Below are positions 14,526-23,301 of a DNA stretch of 50,427 bases, piece after piece; within the stretch, counting starts at the first letter, position 1, and every line of letters begins with the position of its first letter. Location of the stretch: the NCBI GenBank assembly GCA_021780535.1, contig JAJXYN010000004.1:1-50427 (forward strand), read 5' to 3'. This DNA is from a bacterium (lineage in GTDB: Bacteria; Patescibacteriota; Patescibacteriia; JAGPKW01). The notes under the pieces are model-generated. The model ran no database searches. It was given only the letters and a program-made list of their open reading frames with translations, and was not told the origin of the DNA. The position numbers were made by a program, and so were the translations under genes.

Positions 14526-16751
14526 ATGGCTCGTAAAAAAAATACGAAAAAACAAAGAGATATTGATGAAATTATAGAAGAAAAATTGCCTTCAGGTGGA
14601 ATAGATGAAGCTAAAACTAAAAATATAGTTTTAATATTGTTATTACTTTTTATTGTTATTTCGTTTCTAAGTTTATTTAATATCGCTGGCCAATTTGGTA
14701 TTGTTTTTGATAAAATTTTAACTTTTATTTTTGGTTTTGGTAAATGGTTTTTCCCAATTATTTTGACTTTTTTATTCGTATTTTATCTTACAAGTAAATC
14801 TATCCATAAGATTGTTGCTTTTGGTGCATTGCTTGTTTTCGTGTCTTTTTTATCATTTTTTGAATTATTTCATTTATTTGAAACTCTTAATTACGGTGGA
14901 ATTATAGGTAAATATTTTTTATTTCCATTTATTAAATTAACCGGGCCTATTGCTTCTTTTTTTATAATGTTTGCATTGTTTCTTATAGGTTCTATTTTTA
15001 TTACAGATATTCATGTTAATGAATTATTGCTTAAAGTATATACGTGGATTAGTTCTTTATTTAATAAAAATAAAGAGAATAATTCTCTTAATGAATTATC
15101 TAATGGCACTATTGAATTAGAACAAGGTGTGGATCCTAAAAAAGTTTTTGAAAAAATAGCAAATCCATTAAATCCTATTACTCCTTCGTATAAAATTGAA
15201 GATTCTAATGTTGTTGTAAATAATGATAAAAAATCAAATGCTCCTTCTGGTGGAGATATAAGCACTTCTTCTGCTATGAAAAAACTTCATGTTCCAAAAA
15301 GAGAGTTGTATTTACCTATGGATTTATTAGAGGATAGAGTTAGTACTGCTAATGCTGGGGATGTTAATACTAACACTTTGATAATCCAAAGAACTTTGGC
15401 TAATTTTGGAATTAATATTACAATGGATTCTGTTAAAGTTGGACCGTCTGTGGCTCAATATGCTTTTAAACCACAAGAAGGTGTTAAGCTTTCTAGAATT
15501 TCTGCTTTACAAAATGATCTTGCTTTAGCACTTGCTGCTAATTCTTTGCGTATGGAAGCTCCTATCCCTGGTAAATCTCTTGTTGGTATTGAGGTTCCAA
15601 ATAGGGTTGGGGCTATTGTTTCTATGAAAGAAATGATTGCTAGTGAAGAATTTAAAAATAGAAAATCAAATCTTAGTTTACTTTTGGGTAAAGATGTTTC
15701 TGGGAAAACATATATAGCTGATCTTGCTAAAATGCCACATTTACTTATTGCTGGAGCTACTGGTACTGGTAAATCTGTTTGTATTCATGGGGTTATAGCA
15801 TCTCTTATGTTTCAAAGTTCGCCAGATGATTTAAAATTTATTATGATAGATCCGAAGAGGGTTGAAATGACTTTGTATAATGGGATTCCTTATCTTTTAA
15901 CACCTCCAGTTACTGATCCTAAAAAAATAGTGAATGCCTTGAAATGGGCTGTTGCTGAAATGGATAGAAGATATCAAATTTTAGCTGAAGCTAAAAAAAT
16001 TAATTTAGTTTCTTATAATGAATCTGTTGCGGAAGATCAAAAGATGCCTTATATTGTTATTGTTATTGATGAATTAGCTGATTTAATGATGCTTTCTAGA
16101 CAAGAGGTTGAGCCTTGTATTATTAGAATAGCTCAACTTGCTCGTGCTGTTGGTATTCATTTGATATTAGCTACTCAGAGGCCATCAGTGAATGTTATTA
16201 CCGGTCTTATAAAAGCTAATGTTCCTACTCGTATTGCATTTTCTGTTGCTTCTTCTATAGATTCTAGAACTGTTCTTGATGAATCTGGTGCTGAAAGATT
16301 AATCGGTAAAGGTGATATGTTATATTCAGCTTCTGATACCCCAAAACCTGTTAGATTGCAGGGTGCTTATGTTTCTGACGATGAAATTAGAAAATTAGTG
16401 TTACATTTAAAAACTTTAGATTATAATGTTGATTATGATGATTCTATTGTTGAAAAGAAATCTTTGATAACAAATGGTGGTGTAACCGCGAGTGGCTTTA
16501 ATGCTGATGATGATCTTTTTGAAGAAGCTGTTGCTGAGATTTCTAAATCTAGAAAAGCATCTACATCATTATTGCAGAGAAAATTTAGTATTGGTTATGC
16601 AAGAGCTGCTAGACTTATGGATTTACTTGAAGAGGCTGGAATGATTGGTCCTTCTAATGGTGCTAAGGCTAGAGAAGTTTATCTTACTGATAGTGATGAA
16701 TCTGATGATGAATCTTCTTCTGGAGAAAATCAAAATAACCAACTTATTTAA
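14526..16751 (+). CDS. ftsK: DNA translocase FtsK/SpoIIIE
   Basis: N-terminal TM helices are present. The Walker A motif is LIAGATGTGKSV and the Walker B motif is VIVIDELADL. The protein also has RPSVNVITGLIKAN and a C-terminal gamma winged-helix region (LLQRKFSIGYARAARLMDLLEEAGMIGP). Confidence 0.95.
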   Translation: MARKKNTKKQRDIDEIIEEKLPSGGIDEAKTKNIVLILLLLFIVISFLSLFNIAGQFGIVFDKILTFIFGFGKWFFPIILTFLFVFYLTSKSIHKIVAFGALLVFVSFLSFFELFHLFETLNYGGIIGKYFLFPFIKLTGPIASFFIMFALFLIGSIFITDIHVNELLLKVYTWISSLFNKNKENNSLNELSNGTIELEQGVDPKKVFEKIANPLNPITPSYKIEDSNVVVNNDKKSNAPSGGDISTSSAMKKLHVPKRELYLPMDLLEDRVSTANAGDVNTNTLIIQRTLANFGINITMDSVKVGPSVAQYAFKPQEGVKLSRISALQNDLALALAANSLRMEAPIPGKSLVGIEVPNRVGAIVSMKEMIASEEFKNRKSNLSLLLGKDVSGKTYIADLAKMPHLLIAGATGTGKSVCIHGVIASLMFQSSPDDLKFIMIDPKRVEMTLYNGIPYLLTPPVTDPKKIVNALKWAVAEMDRRYQILAEAKKINLVSYNESVAEDQKMPYIVIVIDELADLMMLSRQEVEPCIIRIAQLARAVGIHLILATQRPSVNVITGLIKANVPTRIAFSVASSIDSRTVLDESGAERLIGKGDMLYSASDTPKPVRLQGAYVSDDEIRKLVLHLKTLDYNVDYDDSIVEKKSLITNGGVTASGFNADDDLFEEAVAEISKSRKASTSLLQRKFSIGYARAARLMDLLEEAGMIGPSNGAKAREVYLTDSDESDDESSSGENQNNQLI

Positions 16752-16794
16752 TAAAACATTTTTTTGTAAAATCGTATTAATAATTGATAATATT

Positions 16795-17187
16795 ATGAAA
16801 AGGCTAGCTAAATTTATTTTCTTATTTATTTTCTTGTTTGTCCTATTTTCAAACAATGTATCAAATGCAGCTCCTATTAGTGATTATGTTAACCCTATAG
16901 GTAGTAATATAGATGTAAGTTTTGGAACAACTGATGTTGTTGCACAAAATGTTTTTGGTTCTATTGCTTATAGTCTTATATCAAAAGTAATGGGGATAAT
17001 AGGTATTCTTGTTTTGTGCATGTTTGTGTGGGCTGGTTTGCAATATATTATGGCCAGAGGTGATTCCTCAAAAGTAAAAAAGGCAAATGAAGTTATGAAA
17101 TGGTCTGTTATAGGTCTTACTATAGTTTTTACTTCTTATGTTATTATAAATTTTATATTTACTATTATAGGCAATCTTAGACAATAA
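16795..17187 (+). CDS. Small TrbC/VirB2-like (T4SS-type) pilin family membrane protein
   Basis: The start was moved to the ATG at 16795 (MKRLAKFIFLF...), because the track start overlaps ftsK. A signal peptide ending NVSNA is followed by two TM helices flanking ARGDSSKVKKANE. This is typical of the pilin-like family seen in CPR genomes, recalled from memory. Confidence 0.55.
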   Translation: MKRLAKFIFLFIFLFVLFSNNVSNAAPISDYVNPIGSNIDVSFGTTDVVAQNVFGSIAYSLISKVMGIIGILVLCMFVWAGLQYIMARGDSSKVKKANEVMKWSVIGLTIVFTSYVIINFIFTIIGNLRQ

Positions 17188-17281
17188 ATAATAATATAAG
17201 CTATACTATTCTAATATATGATATTATTAATCGTTTATGTTTATATAATATCTAATGTTTAATATTTAATTTATTTATATT

Positions 17282-18544
17282 ATGAAATTTGATTATAAAA
17301 ATAATAAAAATATAAATTTTGTATTTCAAATTGTGTTTATTGTGTTTGTGTTTGGTTTTGGTGTGATATCTTTTGTTTTTGGTAAAAACTTTAATATTGC
17401 TTTGGGTGAAAATAAAACCACAAATTTAAGTAATTCTATTACTACCAATACTGCACCTGTTGTTAAACAAGAAGTTATAGATGAAGAATCTGCTGTTATA
17501 AATTCTGTTGCTAATTCTGCAGAATCGGTTGTCTCAATAGTTATATCAAAAAATGTTCCAAAGTATAATACTATAAACACTAATCCTTTTGGTTCTGATC
17601 CTTTTGGTTTTGGGCAAGATTTTGGTTTTACCCAACAAGTTCCTACCGGAGAAACTCAAAAACAAGAAATTGGTGGTGGCAGTGGTTTTATAGTTTCTGA
17701 TGATGGACTTGTTGTGACTAACAGACATGTTGTTGATGATACAACTGCTACTTATTCAGTTGTTTTAAATAATGGCAAAACATATGATCTAGATGTTCTT
17801 GCTCGTGATTCTTACAATGATATTGCTTTATGCAAAATTAAAGATTTGAAAGATAAATTAAAACCTTTAAATTTGGCAGATTCTGATAATGTTAAATTGG
17901 GGCAGACTGTTATTGCTATAGGAAATGCTTTGGCAGAGTATAAAAATACTGTTACTAAGGGTATTATTTCTGGGATAGGTAGAAAAATAACTGCTGGTGA
18001 TAGTTATCAAGGTGGTTCTACTGAAACCTTAGAAGGTATATTGCAAACAGATGCCGCTATTAACCCTGGTAATTCTGGTGGCCCTCTTATAAATTTATCT
18101 GGTGAAGTTGTTGGTATTAATACTGCAGTTAGTTCACAGGGCCAAAATATAGGATTTGCTATTCCTATTAATTCTGTTAAAGATGATATAAATAGTGTAA
18201 TTAAAAATGGTAAAATAGTGAGACCTTATATCGGTATTAGATATGTTCAATTAGATGAATTATCTGCAAAACAAAATAATTTACCTTATAATTATGGTAT
18301 CGTGGTTTTGAGAGGAAGTAACCCAGAAGATTTGGCTGTTGTGAAAGATAGTCCTGCTGATAAGGCTGGTATTAAAGAAAATGATATTATTTTAGAAATT
18401 AATAGTGTTAAATTGGATTCGGATCATCCTTTTATTAAAGAAATATCAAAACTAAAACCTAATGATAAAATAAAATTGAAAATTTATAGAAATAGTAAAA
18501 TTATTGATGTTGATGTAACCTTGGGAGAAAGGGATGATAAATAA
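17282..18544 (+). CDS. HtrA/DegP-family trypsin-like serine protease with PDZ domain
   Basis: Motifs TNRHVV, DIAL and GNSGGPL form the catalytic triad context. A C-terminal PDZ region (SPADKAGIKENDIILEINS) and an N-terminal TM anchor are present. Confidence 0.9.
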   Translation: MKFDYKNNKNINFVFQIVFIVFVFGFGVISFVFGKNFNIALGENKTTNLSNSITTNTAPVVKQEVIDEESAVINSVANSAESVVSIVISKNVPKYNTINTNPFGSDPFGFGQDFGFTQQVPTGETQKQEIGGGSGFIVSDDGLVVTNRHVVDDTTATYSVVLNNGKTYDLDVLARDSYNDIALCKIKDLKDKLKPLNLADSDNVKLGQTVIAIGNALAEYKNTVTKGIISGIGRKITAGDSYQGGSTETLEGILQTDAAINPGNSGGPLINLSGEVVGINTAVSSQGQNIGFAIPINSVKDDINSVIKNGKIVRPYIGIRYVQLDELSAKQNNLPYNYGIVVLRGSNPEDLAVVKDSPADKAGIKENDIILEINSVKLDSDHPFIKEISKLKPNDKIKLKIYRNSKIIDVDVTLGERDDK

Positions 18545-18584
18545 AGAAAGAGAAAGAAATTAAAAATTAAGAGTTATGATTTAG

Positions 18585-19691
18585 ATGGAGCTTAGAGAAA
18601 TTATTAATAAAATAGATGAATTAAAAATACGTGCTCAAAATGCAGCACGTATTTTAGATATAGAGAATAAAAGAATTAAAATAAAAAGTCTTGAATTTGA
18701 AATAAATGACGAAGGCTTTTGGAACGATACTATTCGTGCTCAAAATATATCTAAAGAGCTAGCTTTTTTAAAGGAGCATGTATTTTTTTGGGATAATTTA
18801 AATAAGGATATTGATAATTTAAAAGAAATTGCATTAGATGATATTGTTTCAAAGGATGTAAATTTATTAGATGATGTAAAAAATACTTATTTTAGGATAT
18901 TAAAAGATTTTGAGAAAGAAGAGTTTTTTGTTTTATTTAATAATAAATATGACAACTCTAATATTGTTTTATCAATTCATGCTGGTGCTGGTGGTGATGA
19001 TGCTCAAGATTTTGCAGCTATTTTACTTAGGATGTATCTTAGATTTTGTGAAAAAAAAGGTTTTGAAACTATTATTGTTGACGAAACAAAAGGTGGTGAA
19101 GTTGGTTTTAAAAGTGTTACTGTTTTGGTTAAAGGACCTTATGCTTATGGATATTTTAGAAGTGAATATGGTGTTCATAGAGTTATAAGAATATCGCCGT
19201 ATGATGCTGATCATGCAAGACATACTTCTTTTGTTTCAGTTGAAATTTTACCAGAATTGGATGATGTTAAAAAAATTGAATTGAATGATGAAGATTTAAG
19301 AATTGATACTTTTATGTCATCTGGAGCTGGAGGTCAATCTGTGAATACTACATATTCTGCTGTTAGGATTGTTCACATTCCGACTGGCATTTCTGTTTCT
19401 TGTCAAAATGAAAGAAGTCAAACTCAAAATAAAGAAACGGCTATAAAAATATTAAAATCAAAATTATTAGAATTGAAACAAAGGGAATTGCTTGATGAAA
19501 AAAATCAATTGAAAGGTGAATATAAAAGTATAGAATGGGGATCTCAAATTAGAACTTATGTTTTTCACCCGTATAAACAAGTTAGAGATCACAGAAGTGG
19601 TTATGAAACTTCTAATGTTGATAATGTTATTGATGGGGATTTAGATGAATTAATTGAAAGTTATTTGAGATTGGGAGAAATTAAGAATTAA
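18585..19691 (+). CDS. prfB: Peptide chain release factor 2, encoded without a frameshift
   Basis: The GGQ motif is SGAGGQSVNTT. The RF2-type region is RISPYDADHARHTSFVSV. The ORF is a single contiguous 368 aa. Confidence 0.9.
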   Translation: MELREIINKIDELKIRAQNAARILDIENKRIKIKSLEFEINDEGFWNDTIRAQNISKELAFLKEHVFFWDNLNKDIDNLKEIALDDIVSKDVNLLDDVKNTYFRILKDFEKEEFFVLFNNKYDNSNIVLSIHAGAGGDDAQDFAAILLRMYLRFCEKKGFETIIVDETKGGEVGFKSVTVLVKGPYAYGYFRSEYGVHRVIRISPYDADHARHTSFVSVEILPELDDVKKIELNDEDLRIDTFMSSGAGGQSVNTTYSAVRIVHIPTGISVSCQNERSQTQNKETAIKILKSKLLELKQRELLDEKNQLKGEYKSIEWGSQIRTYVFHPYKQVRDHRSGYETSNVDNVIDGDLDELIESYLRLGEIKN

Positions 19692-19712
19692 GAAAAAGGT
19701 TTATACACAGTT

Positions 19713-19750
19713 AAAATAATGTTTTATATAAGGCATTATTTTTTATTTTT
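19713..19750 (+). terminator. Rho-independent terminator after prfB
   Basis: AAAATAATG / CATTATTTT stem followed by a T-run. Confidence 0.5.
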
Positions 19751-19810
19751 AATATTAAATTAATATATTTTTTAACTTTGAATTTTATAAGATATTTGTA
19801 TGATTTAATT

Positions 19811-19912
19811 AAAATAAATCTAATTGTAATATTTTCTTTTCCTGGTATTCCGCTCAATTAGGATATCGTAAGAGCTTCATAAAGAAACGAAAATATTATA
19901 ATTAGATTTATT
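19811..19912 (+). repeat. Copy 1 of a ~100-nt hairpin-flanked repeat element (element X), either MITE-like or a structured sRNA
   Basis: The 24-nt terminal arms AATAAATCTAATTGTAATATTTTC / GAAAATATTATAATTAGATTTATT pair with one G-T position. They flank the core TTTTCCTGGTATTCCGCTCAATTAGGATATCGTAAGAGCTTCATAAAGAAAC. The element is related to 47874-47971 and to the reverse complement of 34261-34355. Confidence 0.7.
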
Positions 19913-20013
19913 GTTACAAAAAAATCAATTAACTTTTTAATTATTAATCTTTAATTTTTCTGTCAAATTTTTTTTTATTTTTTATAATTTTATTTTTTAT
20001 TTTTATTGGAATT

Positions 20014-21147
20014 TTGACTTCTGATAAGAATTTTAGTTTGGTTAATTGTAATGATTCTAAGAATATTTGTTTTTATAATGGGAAAAACGAAGATTTGGAA
20101 GGCTTTATTGTATCTGAAATTAATGATAAAAATGGGAGAAAAGAATTTATTATTGAAAATAAAAAAAATGGAAATAATAGAATTTTAATTTCCGTTTATT
20201 CTAAGAGTGATTTATTTTATGGTGATTATTTATATATTAATTGTGATTTGGCTTTCCCAAATAATTCTAAAAATTCTAAATTTAATTACATTAGATATTT
20301 ACAATTAAAAAATGTTTATTCTGTTTGTAATAATATTAAAATATCAAAATATGAAAATATGAAAAAATTTGATTTGTATTATTATATTTTAAAGTTAAAA
20401 TATTTTGTAAAAAATAGGGTGGACGAGATATATGAGAAGCCCTATAGTGGGTTGATTTTTGGTGTTCTTTTTGGTGGTAATTTTTTGGATAAAGATTTAT
20501 CTAATTTGTTTTCTAAAGCTGGTATATCACATATTACCGCTGTTTCTGGTTATAATGTATCTATAATAGTATCTATTTTGTCCGGAGTATTTTTAAAAAT
20601 TGGTGTGAATAGATTTAAAATATTTTATTTTTTGTTAATTTTTTTATTTTTATTTGTATTATTTACTGGAGCTACTGCTTCTGTTATAAGAGCTGCTATT
20701 ATGGGTGCTTGTTCTTTGATGGCTTTACAATTTGGTAGGATTTCAAGTGGGGTTTTACTATTGTTTTTTGTAGGTTTTGTAATGGTCTTATCTAATCCTC
20801 TTATTTTGATTTATGATGTTGGTTTTGAGCTTTCATTTTTAGCCACTTTTGGTATTTTGTTTTTTAAGCCAATATTAGATAATGTATTTATTAAATTTAA
20901 TAATTTTTTAAATATAAAAGATTCTTTTAATACTACTATTTCTGCCTTTGTTTGCACATTTCCTGTTATTTTTATTAATTTTGGTTCGTTTAATTTATTG
21001 TCTATAATTATTAATTTATTAGTTTTGCAATATATTCCATTTTTGATGTTTTTTGGTTTTGTGTCTATTTTTTTATCAAAATTCGTGTCATTTTTTGCTG
21101 TTTTTATTATGAAATATATTATTTTTATATGTCAGGTTTTTACTTAG
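20014..21147 (+). CDS. comEC: ComEC/Rec2-family DNA internalisation channel, core only, no metallo-beta-lactamase domain
   Basis: An OB-fold-like N-terminal region is followed by the competence domain (GISHITAVSGYNVSII, ASVIRAAIMG). The annotated start is a TTG. The frame is open back to 19948 and encodes a hydrophobic helix there with no ATG, so the start is uncertain. Confidence 0.75.
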   Translation: MTSDKNFSLVNCNDSKNICFYNGKNEDLEGFIVSEINDKNGRKEFIIENKKNGNNRILISVYSKSDLFYGDYLYINCDLAFPNNSKNSKFNYIRYLQLKNVYSVCNNIKISKYENMKKFDLYYYILKLKYFVKNRVDEIYEKPYSGLIFGVLFGGNFLDKDLSNLFSKAGISHITAVSGYNVSIIVSILSGVFLKIGVNRFKIFYFLLIFLFLFVLFTGATASVIRAAIMGACSLMALQFGRISSGVLLLFFVGFVMVLSNPLILIYDVGFELSFLATFGILFFKPILDNVFIKFNNFLNIKDSFNTTISAFVCTFPVIFINFGSFNLLSIIINLLVLQYIPFLMFFGFVSIFLSKFVSFFAVFIMKYIIFICQVFT

Positions 21148-21194
21148 TTTACGTCTAGCGGGTAGATAATATTTTGTGGTATAATTTAGAAAGC

Positions 21195-21291
21195 AAAAAT
21201 ATTAAAATATATAAATATGGAAAAGTTTTGACCTAATATTTTTATATTTTACTTTTTGATATTTTTATATTTTACTTTTTAATTTATTATA
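21195..21291 (+). promoter_or_regulatory. AT-rich palindromic upstream element (family E, copy E1) plus a perfect 22-nt tandem duplication
   Basis: An imperfect palindrome is centred on GGAAAAGTTTTGACC. ATATTTTTATATTTTACTTTTT occurs twice in tandem (21236-21258 and 21259-21281) and ends 10 nt before the ATG at 21292. Confidence 0.55.
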
Positions 21292-23286
21292 ATGAAAAAG
21301 GTTGTTATTGTTTTAATGTTACTATCTTTGTTTATATCAAACTCCGTCTTTGCTTTATTTACTAATGATCCATATTTAGATAAACAATGGTATTTGGATA
21401 GTGCTAATGTTTATAATGCGTGGGATTTGAGTGCTGGTTCCTCAGATGTTATAGTTGCTGTTATTGATTCCGGAGTTGATATAAATCACCCAGATTTGAA
21501 AGACAATATTTGGACAAACCCAAAACATAATGATGACAATAGTGAATATCCTAATGATATTCATGGATGGAATTTTATTGATAATAATAATGATGTTGTT
21601 CCAGAAATTGATGTTAGTTGTTTGGCGGAGAAAAAATGTTCTCTTGAAGGTATAAATCATGGAACTGTTGTTGCTGGTGTTATAGCAGCTGTTGCTAACA
21701 ATAAAGAGGGTATAGCGGGTATAGCTTATAAAACTAAAATAATGCCACTAAAGGTACTTGGACCAAATGGTGGAGGAAATGTTGATGATGTTGTTAATGC
21801 TATTAATTATGCTGTTGACAACGGTGCATCTGTTATTAATATGAGTTTTGTTGGAGATACTAATAGTGCTATTCTTAAAAAAACTATAGAGAATGCTGTT
21901 AGTAATGGTGTTGTTTTTGTTGTTGCTTCTGGCAATAACATAGAAAAGGGTGGAGTTGATTTAGATAAAACACCTATGTATCCTGTTTGTTCTGAAGAAG
22001 AAAATGTTGATGATTCTATTATTGGTGTTTCTGCTATTGACAACCAAGATAATAGAGCTATTTTTGCTAATTATGGTACGAAGTGTGTTGATGTTTCTGC
22101 TCCTGGTGTTAAAATATTTAGTACTACTGTTTATAAGCCACAACATTCAAGTTTTAATAATTATTATAATGGATATTGGTCTGGGACTTCTGTTGCCGCC
22201 CCTATTGTTAGTGCTACTGCTGCTATTATAAAATCTATTAATAAAAATTTTACCCCAAAACAAATTAAAGATATTATTGTTGAATCAGGAACTGACTTAA
22301 AAGATAAGACTTTGGGTAAAAAAATTAATGTATATGAAGCTGTGAAACTTGCTATTGCTAAATCAAAAGAGAAGGATAGATATTTTAATATAATATCTGG
22401 CGCTGGTTTTGGTGATTCTCCGATGGTTAAAGTTTTGAGAGATAATGGATATGAAGAAGCGAATTTTTTGGCTTATGACAAAAATTTTAGAGGAGGTGTT
22501 AATGTTGCTTATGGAGATGTATTTGGTGATTCTAATAAATATATAATTACAACACCAGCTTCTTTTGGTGGACCTCATTTGAGGATATTTGATAAAACTG
22601 GGAAACTTAGAAAAGAATTTTTTGTTTTTGATAAAAAATATACTGGTGGTGTTAATGTGGCTATATTGAATAATTTTACCCCATTTGCTGGTTTTGATAT
22701 TATTGTGTCTCAAGCGTCTGGCGGATCTAATGTTAAAGTTTTTGGTTCTGACGGGATTTTAAAATCATCTTTTTATCCATACGGGACTAATTTTAAAGGT
22801 GGTGTGAATATAACTTCTTGTAATTTAGATGGTGGTGAAGATTTTGATATAATTACTTCTGCGTCTTCAGCTCATGATTCTACTGTTAAGATTTTTAATA
22901 ATAAGGGAGAGTTTGTAAGAGAATTTTTAGCTTTTGACAAAAAATATACTGGTGGTGTTTCAATAGGTTGTTTAGATTATGATTTAGATGGAAAACAAGA
23001 AATAGCAACATCTGTTATATATAATAATAAACCTTATATTAGGATTTTAGATAAAAATGGAAATTTTATTAAACAATTTGTTATTAATGATCAAAAAGTA
23101 AAATCCACAATAAATATATCCGGCTTTTATTCACCAGATTTTCCTAGATATAGAATGGTTGTATCCCCAAAGAATTCTGGCGAACCAAAGATAAGAATTT
23201 TTGATTTAAATGGTGGAATTACTGATGAATTTTATGCTTATAACAAAACACTTGGTGGCGGAGTAAATTTTGCCTTAGGTGAATAA
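21292..23286 (+). CDS. Secreted S8 subtilisin-family serine peptidase fused to an FG-GAP-like beta-propeller
   Basis: A signal peptide is present. The catalytic motifs are VAVIDSGVD (Asp), HGTVVAGVIAA (His) and GTSVAAPIVSA (Ser). The C-terminal half has about 6-7 repeats of F.(A/V)(Y/F)DK.(F/Y).GGVN(V/I)...D(x)DG..(D/E)I. Confidence 0.85.
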   Translation: MKKVVIVLMLLSLFISNSVFALFTNDPYLDKQWYLDSANVYNAWDLSAGSSDVIVAVIDSGVDINHPDLKDNIWTNPKHNDDNSEYPNDIHGWNFIDNNNDVVPEIDVSCLAEKKCSLEGINHGTVVAGVIAAVANNKEGIAGIAYKTKIMPLKVLGPNGGGNVDDVVNAINYAVDNGASVINMSFVGDTNSAILKKTIENAVSNGVVFVVASGNNIEKGGVDLDKTPMYPVCSEEENVDDSIIGVSAIDNQDNRAIFANYGTKCVDVSAPGVKIFSTTVYKPQHSSFNNYYNGYWSGTSVAAPIVSATAAIIKSINKNFTPKQIKDIIVESGTDLKDKTLGKKINVYEAVKLAIAKSKEKDRYFNIISGAGFGDSPMVKVLRDNGYEEANFLAYDKNFRGGVNVAYGDVFGDSNKYIITTPASFGGPHLRIFDKTGKLRKEFFVFDKKYTGGVNVAILNNFTPFAGFDIIVSQASGGSNVKVFGSDGILKSSFYPYGTNFKGGVNITSCNLDGGEDFDIITSASSAHDSTVKIFNNKGEFVREFLAFDKKYTGGVSIGCLDYDLDGKQEIATSVIYNNKPYIRILDKNGNFIKQFVINDQKVKSTINISGFYSPDFPRYRMVVSPKNSGEPKIRIFDLNGGITDEFYAYNKTLGGGVNFALGE

Positions 23287-23301
23287 TTAATTAAAAAATA
23301 T

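Noticed and set aside
16645-16794. An N-terminal extension of the pilin-like ORF overlaps the ftsK 3' end.
   Set aside because: The extension is an alternative frame of ftsK. The ATG at 16795 gives a canonical signal peptide.
18585-18700. A programmed +1 frameshift site in prfB.
   Set aside because: The ORF is continuous from an ATG, with a normal RF2 N-terminus and no in-frame TGA near codon 25.
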